Shown one piece after another: positions 1 through 12,535 of a stretch of DNA of 64,000 bases. The position numbers were made by a program, and so were the translations under genes. The notes under the pieces are model-generated. The model searched no databases, was not told where the DNA came from, and worked only from the letters and a program-made list of their open reading frames with translations. This DNA is from Gonapodya sp. JEL0774 (taxonomy: Eukaryota), in the NCBI GenBank assembly GCA_027604505.1, contig JADIIX010000069.1, positions 1 to 64,000 on the forward strand, given 5' to 3'. How positions within the stretch are numbered: position 1 is the stretch's first letter; the number at the start of each line of letters is the position of its first letter.

Positions 1-1171
1 AAAGTGACACAGGTACCCACGCTTGGAGAGGCCTTGTGATGAAGACCCACACAAAAAGAACCGCGGCAAGACTTGTTCCGACGACCAAGGCCACAGCTGT
101 GCGCGTGTTGAGTAAAAGCAAGCGGTGATGAGGTCACATGAATGGTGACTGGACACCAAAATGGCTGGGATAGGTGAATGATCCCCCACCACACCGTCAA
201 TCTCTGCCGCACCTGATAATATCACAGTGAGCGTTGATTTCACGCCATCATCCTGTAGTTTTTGCTTCAGGTATATCGTGTCCCCGAGAAAGTCATAGAT
301 TGGTCTGCAAGAGTGAACCAATGAATGCGTAGGTCAAACTTAGCAGGTTTGTCGGCAACCATGAACCTTGCAACTCACGCTGCAGTGACCACGTAGTACT
401 TGAAGTTGAAAATGGTCGTGACCTTGAGCTGGAACATGTAGTCGCCAACTTGCCAGTTTGAGTCCGCAATGTCGGCGGAGAAATTGAAGCCGGAGTACTG
501 GTAGATCGTCGCGGCAGAGATATTGAGGAGCGGATACTGCTCGTAAGAGTAATTTTGTATCGGCCGTGGGCTTCCATTCAAAATTAACGCCTGCGCGTCG
601 GCAGAGCGCAGTTTTTGAGCGGTCAGATAGAAAACTTTATGTGGAAGATCACCTCTGTCTGCATCGTGCGATTGCCCAGTCCTGAGATCGCAACCATCTG
701 TCCCCCGTTAGAAGGAACGAAAATATAGAGCAACGAATTTTTTGTCAAAGTGGCCTTGGCCGTGTCAAGCACCTGACAGAGATTGCCCAGCGTGAGGGAA
801 ATGGATGTTGTGCCGATGGGGTTCCCAGAAGGATCGCGAACGCCGACATACAGCTGCTGATATCCTATATTGCCTAGGGCTACCGTGTATTCCGTGATGT
901 ATGCGGTCCCCTTTGGGATGGGGGTGAACGACATTGGAGACTCAGCGGGCTTACGGAAGGAAAAGGACAAGTTTCCGATAGCCACGAGTGTCACAGGGTC
1001 CCGAGGATACACATTGTAGTAATCTTGTGGCAGTACGCTTGAAACGGGGCAAAAGCGCTGGCAAATCAGACTTGAACCTCGTATCAATAAAGCTGGCGGG
1101 CCAATCCCGCCGAACACAACATTGGAGGTCAAGGCAATGGTGTTTCTGCCATTCATTATTGAGTAGCTCAT
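1..1171 (-). CDS. Multi-exon hypothetical protein, beta-rich and possibly extracellular; runs off the left edge of the window
   Basis: ATG at 1171. ORF 623-1171 joins ORF 375-581 through intron 591-652 (GT..CTGAC..CAG). A GTGAGT donor at 378 leads to a further exon. No family recognised. Confidence 0.55.
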
Positions 1172-3643
1172 TGAATCGACGGTTCCTAAGCAAGTGGAAG
1201 ATGGGTGGTAAAATTCAAGGACGAATTGAGGGTGTGGGAAATCTGAGAATCCAAAAAAAAAAATTTAATTTCACGCACCAGTGAGTTTGAATGTCGCAGC
1301 GGTTTGGTTAAGGAGCGGAATGAGCTTGCTGCAAGTAAATTCCCAAAATCATTCTATGGAAGTCGGAATGCCCTCCTACCATTTGGAGTTACTCACTCGT
1401 AATCGGTACCGTTCACAAGTCCACTCTCGATCGCCTGGACAAATGAAATTTCCGCTTGATAAGCCTTTGAGCGTATACATTAGTAGACATTTGTGGTGAC
1501 TTCAAATGTCTTGGGATTTGTCACCTGGTTGATGTAGGCCTCTGCGATTCCGCATACACCAAATTGACGTGTGATGGCAAAGAGATCCAGCTCAACTTTA
1601 GTTCCGCATATCATAGAGCTTTGGCTATCTTACGCAGTGCGGTAGAGACTGCAACGCTTGCATCAAAGAGGCGAGCCTGTCCGAGCGAACTGATGCCCCT
1701 CGATGCTGGTTGTGGTGAATGGTTCAACAAACTCTTCCAACTCAGAACCACCACCAATTGACGAAAACCTAATGACGAAGCCTACCTTGATCTGATGAAC
1801 TAGAAATAGATATGTTATTGGTGTTGACTCCAAGCCACACGGTCACGATGGCGACTGAAGAAATGCTGAGTACCCGCGATGTACATTGGAAACTGGGTAA
1901 GATTGCGCCCGGAGAGCAAACGAGCATTGGAACAGTGAGAGACGCACCTGATGACTACCAACAACAGAATGAGCGTTCTTAGGGACAGAGACCATCCGAG
2001 ATGCTTTGTGGTAGTACTGGATGGTGACACCGGGCGGGAGATAGAATCAGAAGGGGCAGATCGCACTGAAGTCTTTGCTTCCATCTGCATTGCCAGATGT
2101 TGTTCGCTCAAGTTTAGTTGAGCGAAAGTCGCGCGAAGTGATGAGGGAGATTGTACCTGTAAGGGCCCAAAAGGCCCCGGCAGATGGGGGCCTGTTCACT
2201 TCTCCGCCGATTATACATTGATTTAAATGCCAAGTCTGTTCGACTGATTCTCAGCGTCGTTAAATCATTTATGCCGATTTACGTGCAAATCTCAGTAGGA
2301 CCTCAACAGCCCAGCACTGCTCAGCCCTCCGACCAGGCCGGACACGACACTCGAACTCCCCCCAAAATGTATAATTGAACGTTTTTACGTCTTCCAGGAT
2401 GGATGTTTGAGATCATCAGACTTGCTCCTGCTGACATTGATATCAAGAATCCTCCTCTCACTTCTTCGTTCTATGATTCTGCAATTGAAATACAAACACA
2501 TACACACGTACAAATGACATGTCCATCTCATTTAGCAAACTAACGCCGTCATTAAACACAGTCCTCTACCACTCGCCTCCTTCACACCGGCAAATTAAAG
2601 TCAGTTTCGATAGGCGGGTCTAGAAGCGCAGTGTGCGTCCCAATGAGAATTGACGCCGCTCCCACTGTCGTACGAACGGGTCATGGTGTGGTGGATGTAC
2701 GGAGCATGGGACCATGGCGAGACGCGGGGGTCGCGTTGCGAAGATATTTCCACGTGAGTGCAGTGTACGGGTTGCGTTGGGTTGGGAGATTCGTACACGG
2801 TCGATGAAACCGATTCAAGCGAGAAAGAGTGAGAGAACGCGTAAGAAAAACAGACAGTGTGACCGACGACAGTAATGACAGCGGCCCATTTGCCATGTTC
2901 TCCCTCCGTCTTGCCATGTCATCATCACTCATCATCTCACACTCACTCAACCAAAATATTACGGACCCGCAGACGATATGAGCAACAAAGGGATTGATAC
3001 TGGTGCGCGAGTGCGGGCCGAGGAACGAATGTGCGAGAACCAAAGTTGATTTTTGGATGCGAGCTTGTTCACGAGCTCGGTGCGGAAAGAATCAATTTGT
3101 TCAGGTCGATTGGAGGTGTTAGGAGAGCGGGTTGTTGGGCACTACATAAAGCTGAAATCAAAGTCCTACCTACCACCACCAGCACCACAACCACGTATCT
3201 GTTTAACTGCTCAGCAGGTACCGGGACACTGTTTCTGCGGTGATGTGTGATGAACGATGGGCATTGTGCAATGCGAGCGACTGTTGGAACTACATATGTA
3301 TCGTGGTGCGCATATAATATAATGTACTATACAACAAGACTGTGTTTGATCTAACCTGCGTCAGCTCATACCTTTTGTTCGCGTCTCGCAAAGCAAGTTG
3401 AGCGATATCGATTCTACGAACAAGCTTCGCAGCATACCCAACACCGACGCTGACATCTGGGAAGTGCTGCCACTATTGATTGGTGCCTTAATCCTAGTTG
3501 CCGTGTTTTATGAAGAGATTAACTATTTGCGTCCCAAAATTAGAGACCAGCTCAGTTCGGGAGGCACGGGAGGAGTTTCCAATGCCGGCATCGGGCATCG
3601 ACCCTGGTGCGATCCTTCCACGTTTTCTCCTTATGACACTGCA

Positions 3644-6600
3644 ATGCAAGAAGACCCCACAAACGCCTTTTCATGGCGATTCGACCCAGAGGTGCGAACG
3701 TGTGCTTAAACCGCCCACACCATCTGTTTCTCGTTGTCGTTGTACTTTGGCTGACGCCATTCTTCACCTTCCCTGCGCACCATTCTCCACCTGTCGCTTT
3801 GGTAGGGACATATAGGTAACGGTGGAAACTTTGCTTCGTTCCTGAATGAGCTCCAGCCATCGACACCGGGCCTGGCGTGGCAGAGACTCGCGGGAGTCTT
3901 CAGCAGAGTCCGGCTCATACCCACGCTGAGAGCCCTCGCTTCATTCTCGGTTTCAATAATACTCTCACTCTCCAATACTCCTGTATATCTAAAAGAGGAA
4001 TTTCTATTTATTTGTGTCTGTATCGCATTGTCAAATCACACGGATAGGGTGGGAGGAAGTTTGCGGAGTCTCGGATGTAACATTGTGGGATGCTTTATCG
4101 CTTTGGGTTGTGCATTGTTGGGTGAGTTTTCAGGCTCCTGGAGCACATTGTGACATTCTTGTGGAGCTTGGATATTACATTCGAATTTGTCGCTGATGGT
4201 TTCGCGCAGCTCTTGCGGTGACACGCAACTTCCCTGTTGGCATGCTGCTCATGATTTTCATCTGGTCTTGTGCAAGCTGTCTCATTCTTCTGAAATGGCC
4301 TTTCACATATACCGCATATCTTTGTGGTGAGTTATCTTCTATACTTGCTTTCTTGCCGTCTCATCCTCCACGGTTTCTGTCTCGCACATCGTTCAAGCGT
4401 GTATCACTTTCTACTTTACGGTTGTCCAGGACGAAGCGCCGGAGATTGCATTTCCTTCTGCCCTTCGAACTGCACTCGCATTCTGCGTTGGATCCGCATT
4501 GTCTACCCTCTCCTGCCTCCTCATATTCCCCACTACTTCCTCCGGTGCTCTGCATGCGCGGGCCGCAGCCTTGACTCGGTCGTGTGGGGCTTTGTTCGAA
4601 CGACTCGCCAAAGTAGGAACCACCGGCGGAGGAGTTCCTGAAATCGAGATGATTAAATCATCGGTTGGATCCGCGCGTTTTGAACTCGCTTTGATGACGA
4701 GACTAATTGCGGAAGAAAAGGTACGTTGGCGACTCAAACACACTGCAGTGGCCCACGCACATTGGTGCTCATTCGGCCCACCGCAGTTCGAGCCTTTGCC
4801 ATTCCGTTCCCCACTCTCTCCTTCGGTTTTTCTGGCCCTCCAAGCCATGGTCTCCACGCTCTCTTCCATTTCCACTACTATTCGTACCCAGTCTGCTTCG
4901 AGGAATGCCCACGTTCCCGTTACCACCTCCCTGGGCACCCAGGAAGCTCGCCCCATTCGCAAGCGAGCTCAAACATTCGCCAACATCCACCAAGAGGATA
5001 CAGTCATGGGTGATACCATTGGTGGAGCAGAGCTTGCCAGGATGGCTCGAGAGATGGGGAATGCCGCTGCCGGGAAGGCGAGGAGACCACCTACAGTTGC
5101 ATCGGGCGGGATACCTCCTACTGTGCGCTTCCGCGAGGGTCCAACCATGTCTCTTGCACAAATGGCGGCTGCGATGAGCGGCGAGGACATTGGGAGAAGT
5201 CCAATTGCCGACGGCTCGGACGCGCATTCGGACGAAGAGGTTGCCATCGAATCGGAATACGATTCGGACGCTGGCTCCGACATGACTGCGGAACTTGAAG
5301 ATGCGGCGGTGAATATGGGTGAATCTGGCGGGTCCGGGGACACCTTGGTCGGCGCTCCGCACGTCTCGTCCCTCTCAGGAGCCGTGGCAGAACACCTCAC
5401 GAGCCTCCTCACAGAAGCGACGGAGGCGATTGCCGACCTTGCTGTTAATATTGCGGAAACACGTAAGCCACCGTATCGGTCTGGTTTGAAGGCGATCTCT
5501 GCAACGGACGGTCCCCCGACACCCCCAAACGGGCGTCGTTATTCAACCATTCCAGTTCACCATCTCCACCAACGTAATGCCAGTGTTGCGTCTATTCTTA
5601 GTCCCATGCGAGATGGGTTCGATGATCACCAGGCGGCGATCGTCGAGCACCTTTTCGAAGTCAGCGGAAACGGTGATCCTGATGCTGCGCGTCTCATGGA
5701 TATCAATTTTGTCTTTGGGTTTTTTGAGTACCTACGCCAACTTAGACGGCTTGAATTCTCGGTCAAGGTCCCTGTGATCGGACAGCAACCGTCAACTTGG
5801 CAAAACTTGAAACGTGCAGCGTGGCGAGCGTGGTGGGGGTTTCGAGATTGGTTGCCACACGGCGATCTCGTTGGGTTTCTATGGCTGAGTAGAAGAAGTT
5901 GGGAGCTTACAAGATTTGTGGTGACTTATGAGTATCGGTTTGCGATCAAGGTGTGTCTGTTTTGCTAGGCCACGTTTGGCACCTGTAATCTGATTTGCCT
6001 CATGCCAAAAGGTCTCCTTTGCAGTGACTCTCTTTTCAGTTTTGGCTCTCGTTGGCTCCACACGAGATTGGTATTTGGAATGGAAGGGGAAATGGGCCAT
6101 CATCACCATATTCGCGATCGCCTCGCCGACTCACGCCGGGGTCCTGATATCCGGTGTGCAACGTACATTGGGCACAGTGCTGGGTGCATTGATTGCCATA
6201 GCAGCTTTTGAAGCGTGTGTCGGTTCGCCATATGTGTTTTCCGTGCTGGCAGTCATCTTTATGGCACCCCTTTTTCTTATTAAGTATCATGGGGACCGTG
6301 AGTTGTCCAGGGGGGTTCCGGTAAAATGTTGTTTTTTGTTGTCCTCTGAGGTTTCTGGACAAAACCTTTCCTGTTCCAGCCGATTACATGAAAGCTGCTA
6401 CAGTGTCCGTCCTGACATTCTCTGTGGTTGCCATCCCACAGGTGAGTTTTACGTGGCAGCTAACCATATTGAAAGCTCACAACAAATGTTTGTGTGGCGT
6501 TCTGGTAGTGGATGGCGACCCACTACTCTTCTGAGCCAGCGCCGAACATCTTACGCATCGCGTACCAGCGTGTTTTAATGATAACTCTGGGTGGATTATT

Positions 6601-7537
6601 GACTGTGGTGATCAATCGGATGATTTGGCCAAGACTAGCCAGGGTGGAACTCAGGAAATCTCTCGGAGAGACAATTGAGGGAGTTGGGACTTTATAGTGA
6701 GTAAAGAGACTTTTTGCAAATTTTGGCAAAACCGATGTGAAGTACTCCTTTTTTGTCGCCCCAGTGCCCAACTCGCGAGCAGTTTCATGACCCGGCGACG
6801 CTTCACACAAGCGGAAACCGACAGAATCGAAGATCTCGAGCAGCGATTGCAGCTACGAATCATTCAAGAACGCGTTCTTCTTTTCCTTGCTCGGCGAGAA
6901 CCCCGCGCGCAAGGACCTTTTCCTCACCATACCTTCCACGAGTTAATTCGGTCTCTCCAATTTGTGGTCGATTTGTTGCGATCAACGCGTGTTGTGTTAA
7001 CGCAAACGCATTTCAACGAGGAGTTGGACGAGTCGCACATGTTGTTGCTCGACGCAGACCGCGTTCAAATGTTCAGAAATGTGTTGGTGCTGATCTGGAT
7101 CATTCGTGCCGCTCTGAAAATGAAGGCCCCGCTGCCTGCATATTTACCCGATTGTGGTAGGCTGTGCCCCAACAAACACTGTCGCCCACTGCAAATTGAC
7201 CAAAGGACTTCGTTTTACTACCCAGTATCTCCCCGAGTCCGATTGAACGAAAAGTTCTTGAAGTTGCGAGCAAAGTACCCCAGTGATACTAATGCATGGG
7301 CGACACTCGCATTCTACAGCTATTCGTTTGCGATGACTTTGATCATTTGGAGACTCGAAAAGGTGGCACTGTGAGTCTAAATCGACGTGTCTCGGTAAGG
7401 TATACTGCTCACGGCGAACTTTACCGGCCAGTGCAATTAAATCACTTTACGGTGAAATGCATGGTGTCGAAGGTCTCTCGTCAACAAACTTTGAAGATCT
7501 CATGCGTCAATTGGATGCGGAAGTTTCTTTGGATTGA
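3644..7537 (+). CDS. FUSC/ArAE (aromatic acid exporter-like, Bre4/YGL140C-type) membrane protein
   Basis: N-terminal TM exons (VGGSLRSLGCNIVGCFIALGCALL) and a long cytosolic loop (ORF 4499-5968). The FUSC_2-like block reads YRFAIK...KGKWAIITIFAIASPTHAGVLISGVQRTLGTVLGAL, followed by IAYQRVLMITLGGLLTVVINRMIWPRLARVELR, REPRAQGPFP and a final exon AIKSLYGE...* ending at 7537. The start codon is uncertain. Confidence 0.8.
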
Positions 7538-7803
7538 TTTTACGGCCCTAAATGATGAATACCCCCACAGATTTGGACTCTCATGTTTTGCTTTCTCTAC
7601 ATACCTCCATACGATACTCCCCACAGAAACCCTACAGATTGCAGTACAATATAGACAGTTTTGGTGTCCTTCTTTGTGTATGTAATCTGCTCTCAACCCG
7701 GAAACCTGTGTTGCAGGGAACGGAAAAACTCGGCTTACTCGGATCCGAAATAACCGACAATAATTCTCAGACTTTCCCCACAATTCGCACTTCGTTAATC
7801 TAA

Positions 7804-8829
7804 ATGCCAAAAGGTCGTCTCTACCACGCCCTTGGGTGCGTCCAAGGCAAGAGTAGTGTGATAATCATCGGAATCCATTTGAAATCTCGCATTGATTTGG
7901 CAGTGCTCGTTCCATTCGCTCGCTCTGGCTCATTCACGAGCTTGGATTGCAAAATGAGATCGAAGTTCTGCAATTAAATTTGAACGAGGGATCCGTGGGT
8001 GTTCTGTGTGTCGTGGATTGCGTGCCATCGTCGCTCAAAATGCATCGATCGTTCATTTATCCAGAAATTCCAACACGAGAATCCTAACAAGAAGGTTCGC
8101 TATTCCGAGTGACTATAAGTTGAGAGGAACCCCAAGAAACCTTGTGTCGTTTTCAGTTCCCTACTTTCGTGGATTCGGATGGGACCGTCGTGTTTGAAAG
8201 TGCTGCAATCGCTCACGTAGGTGTTCCTGCATTTTTTGTTTTTTGTTTTCTCGTCGCTAAAACTTTCGTTTGCCAGTACATTGGGGAGAAATATGGCAAA
8301 ACTATCGTGCCCGTCAAAGGCTCTCGGGAGTACGCACGGTACTTGACGTACATGTACTGGACTGTCGTAAACTTGGACAGTTGCGGATACCCTCTTTACG
8401 TCCAGGTCGGTTGTGTTTTGTTGGTTGCTGTGTGCGATTACGACTCAAACCTCAATTCCCTATGAGCAGCTCGCGTTTACGCCTGAGAACAAGCGTGACA
8501 AGAAGGGAATCGAGGACAAAATCAAACAACTGTACGAGCTTTATCTCCCGCAGCTTGAAGGTCTTTTGAAGGAGTTTGGAGGCCCGTACCTTTTGGGAAA
8601 GGAGTTGACAGCACTCGACATCCAAGTTGGGCCTGTGATCCAAGCCCTCAATCATCCCCGTGTACAGCTCCTCAAGAACAATCCCGTCATTCTTAATGTC
8701 AGTACTGTGTTTATTTGCTCTATTAAATCATACCTCTCACCAGTCACCTTTTCGCACTGCCAGTACTTGAATATCCTCCTGGAAAGGCCTGCGTTCCGAG
8801 TTGCTCACCGATTGAAACCAAAATTGTGA
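7804..8829 (+). CDS. Glutathione S-transferase
   Basis: Spliced protein MPKGRLYHALGARSIRSLWLIHELGL...NPNKKVPTFVDSDGTVVFESAAIAHY...GPYLLGKELTALDI...ERPAF carries the GST cis-Pro (VP), ES and N-capping motifs. Confidence 0.9.
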
Positions 8830-9054
8830 AGTAGTTTCAAGCAGTTTCATTTCAAAGATTCGGGAATAAATATACGAAGGATGCACGATTCTGGAGTTTT
8901 CCTAGGTCCACGAATGTAATACCTCGTTGTTCGTTCGCTTCACCTCAACCTTATCTTTGCCAACAGCAGCACCGATTTGCTGTGGCAGATAAACATGAAT
9001 TGTTCATCGTGGAAGATTATTCACATATCGTGGACGCGGATTGCCGCGGTACCA

Positions 9055-11100
9055 TTACATGGCAGCTTCTAATCGCGTTAGATCTTTTCCGAATGCACCC
9101 TCGCTAGCCAGGCTTCTAATCATCCCGATGTCATACCCCAATAGTTCCGTCATCAAATCCTCCCCATGTTCATTTCTCATGGGTCCACGTTGATGTATCC
9201 GGTGCATATTCCCCACCTTGACAGGGCTCCCAATCTGCTTGACGGTCCCCAAGGTCGGGTGTTCGTACTCCACCACAAGATCACGACTCGGCAGGTGCTT
9301 ATCTCGCAGCGCTTCGTGCACTGAGTTGACGGGTCCACAGGGTACTCCTGCATCCTCCATCAGCTCGAGCCACTCAGCGGACGTCTTGGTTTTGGTGACC
9401 GCTTCGATAGCGTCGACGACGAACTCGCGGTTTTTGTGACGGGAGGCAAAGTCCTTGAACTTGGAATCTGTTATCCATTCGGGTTTTCCAAAGACGCTGT
9501 TAGGGAAAAATTGGCATGACCACGTAGGTTAACACGGTCTCGCCTAGGATGAACGACAAATCCCCTTGGTCCACACTCTCCCACTCCACTCACCCACACA
9601 ATCGCTGCCAAAACTTTTCCTTTGCACACGCGATTGTTATCCAGCCGTCTGACGTTGGACACGCTGTGACGAGAGTCGCGCCTCTTGAGCTTAACGCCGC
9701 TGCAGGTTTAAGTGGATTCCTTGACCTACCTTGAAACGGAATCAACGTGGGATGCGCCGAGTGGTATGACCGCTCTGGGCGGTATTTTCCGTTGGTGGAA
9801 AGGTTGAATGTCGCAGGGTAACCCACTGACCAACAGAGCAAAAATCAACCGTGAATCAATGACTCCACGAAACATCACAATTAGAGATCGCTCACAAAAA
9901 TTCATGGCGGTGTCGTAGAGCGAAACGTCGCAGTCCATCCCCACACCGTCGCGTCGCGCCGCGTGGACTCCTGAAACTAAAGATAAGGCGGCGACGACGC
10001 CGCCGGCGTAGTCTACGAGAGACAAACCGGCTTTGGCTGCGAGGTGATAGGTCGATGTGGTGAAAATGTAATCGCGTGCGCAAGGCCGTCTGCTGAAAGA
10101 CACCAACTTGGTGGTCCTCCGGGATCACCCGTGACGTCCATCCAGCCTGGGGAAGATTTGGCGATAAAGTCAGTACCATGTCTTTTCACGATGGTACAGA
10201 AACCGAGCGACAACTCACCGCACATGCCCCTGAGGAACATCAAGGTATGCCCATGAAAGTTAATGTGAAGAACCAGTAACGGGCAAATGTCAGTATAGCT
10301 ACGCACTGAAGGACTGGATCGTATCCTGGGTTCTAACAGAAGTGTTCGAATTTGGAACTTTTTACCATGGTTAAAAGCATGTTTTGGATATCTTCAGCCC
10401 ACTTTAAGCCTTGGTCCAGACATTCCAAACGCCGACAGGGAGACACACACGATCCGAGGGTTGATGTGCTTGAGTTGATCGTAGGTGATGCCAATCTTCT
10501 TCGGCACGTCACCTGCATGCACAAAGCCGTCAAGGAACAAGCTTCGTCAATGAGCGAACGGGGTACTGGAATCCCACCTCTCAGATTGGAGTACACGGCA
10601 TCTGAGACCTTAACGAGGTCATCAAAGACTTTCTTCCCGGCCGGTTTGCTCAAATCGAGACTGATGGACTGAATGAAATCAATTGATGCCGACTGGCTTC
10701 GTTCGGTACGATGGGGCTTTGGGGGATCCAACTAACCTTTTTATTCCGATTGAAACTCTCGAAATAGATGTTGTCCTCGCCGACTTTCACTGGGCTTGGA
10801 ACGTATCGAGCAACGTCCCCACCCTGCAACATCCATTGGACGAGTTTGTGGTATTCAACTGTTCGAACATCCGCTTTTTCTCACGTTGCTGGGGTCTTCC
10901 ACCTTGATTACCTCCGCACCAATGTCACACAGATGAGTAGTTCCAAATGGGCCAGCCCCGAATTGTTCAACTGCGATGATGCGGACATCGTGGAGAGGAA
11001 GGGGACGTGATTGGGTGAATTGCGTGGTGGACACAGAAAATTTTCGAGCAACTGGAGCAATTGAGAGCGTAGGGCGAGGAATCCGTGCTATTCGGAACAT
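9055..11100 (-). CDS. CoA-transferase family III (CaiB/BaiF) with putative mitochondrial presequence
   Basis: Motifs PLHDVRIIAVEQFGAGPFGTTHLCDIGAEVIKVEDP, FESFNRNKKSISLDL, SNLRG, GLSLVDYAGG and TSDGWITIACAKEKFWQRL. The N-terminus MFRIARIPRPTLSIAPVARKFS is Arg/Ser-rich and lacks acidic residues. Many introns. Confidence 0.93.
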
Positions 11101-12535
11101 GATTGGTGGTTGAATCGGAACAGCGTGTTGAAGTGTGGTGGGAGAATCTGAACAGAACGGAATCAAAAGCACCCACCAAAAGCAATCCATTGGTGAAGAA
11201 TTAATGTGTGTACACATACTTCTCATTTGGCATTATGAGAATCGAGGAAGTAAAAGCAATAGTGTTGCGGTACAAATGAAGCGCGCATCGTTCCCTGGCG
11301 CACACGTTCTCTCCCCATTTCGTAGCGTCGGATTGCCGGTTGCCGACTCTAGACTGAAACACCGGACTTCTATAACAGGGCCTGCTGGATGCATTGTTTC
11401 AGGTTTGTCCCCGGACTCAGAACAAATGAGGGGATCGCACCCCAGCCAGTGGGAATTGCCCGCCTTGGCGGCGGGCGCGGTCCCCCAATAGTGTACTAGT
11501 TGAGATCAAATGACTGATCCTCATTGCCGCCGTCTATACAGGTGCGGTACCGTCATCATGACGGGCACCCCTGCAGGTTTTGGTTTCCCACGCAACCCCC
11601 CCTATTCTGTGCCTCAAGGAAGGCGACAACGCTGATATTGTCGATTCCACTTCACTTCCTCCACAACCTGAACACCCCTCCGTCTGGCTGGAGCGCCGTG
11701 GACCACGGATTGTGGAGTGGTTGTTCATTCGGAATCAGCTGCAGCGGTGAGCCAACAGCATCAGAATCAGAATCAGCTTTCTCTCCATGTTTACCGTGTG
11801 GTCTTGTTATGAGCGCCGAAACAGAGCAATGCCAACGGATGCTCGTGATAACAACAACATGCTGATGTGCGTATTGCAAGTCGCCACACAAGCAATGATT
11901 ACCCACGGCGTTAAGGATCTTGACTGGCTCTGTTGGTAGCTTTTTGAACAAGCGATCGTACGGACTAGGGAGAAATTTATTGCGTTGATCGGTGACGTAT
12001 AGTGTATCGTTAGAAACGCACGCGGACTTTGTGCCCCAATAATCTACGAGTGCCCGCCAAAAGCATGTCATCCTCGCGATCTCTCCAATGTATTCTACTT
12101 TCTTTCAGAGAGAAAGAACAAATGAGGAGATTTGCTGGCCTTGGCGGCGCTGACACCCTGCCGTCGAGGGATGCTCCCCGGCAAGGCTTCAAATATTACA
12201 TTTGCGAGTTGTGGGCAGGATCATAGACACTCTAGCCGGCAGGCCCAGTTGAAAAGTCCAACGCTTCTTAGTCGGCCACCAGCAATCTGACGCTGCAAAT
12301 CTCTTTAACCTCAAAGTCGGACCTAACTTCGCGGATAAAATGTAGTGCGTCCAGCTCTCGGACACAATATCTATTAGCATTGCATTGGTTGTCTTCTGGT
12401 GGAACGGTCGTGCGGTTTGGTTTCGTGGGCAACAAGGCCGCAGCCCCTCGTGGATCAATCACATTTGTTTCCGCATATGAAAGAGAACTCGGGGTTTTCC
12501 TGAGCAGGTTACTGAGCAGGTTGCCAAGGTTGCCG

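Noticed and set aside
1200..3400. Scattered short ORFs and a GC hairpin near 2172-2193 resembling a terminator
   Set aside because: No coherent gene model or homology was recognised, and bacterial-style terminators are not meaningful in this eukaryotic context.
3398..3643. TTG-initiated ORF with a hydrophobic stretch upstream of the FUSC/ArAE gene
   Set aside because: There is no ATG until 3644. It may be 5' UTR or an unresolved upstream exon and is not supportable as a separate gene.
11524..12460. Short ORFs between the CoA-transferase and MFS genes (e.g. 11652-12071)
   Set aside because: No motifs or convincing splice structure; most likely promoter or intergenic sequence.
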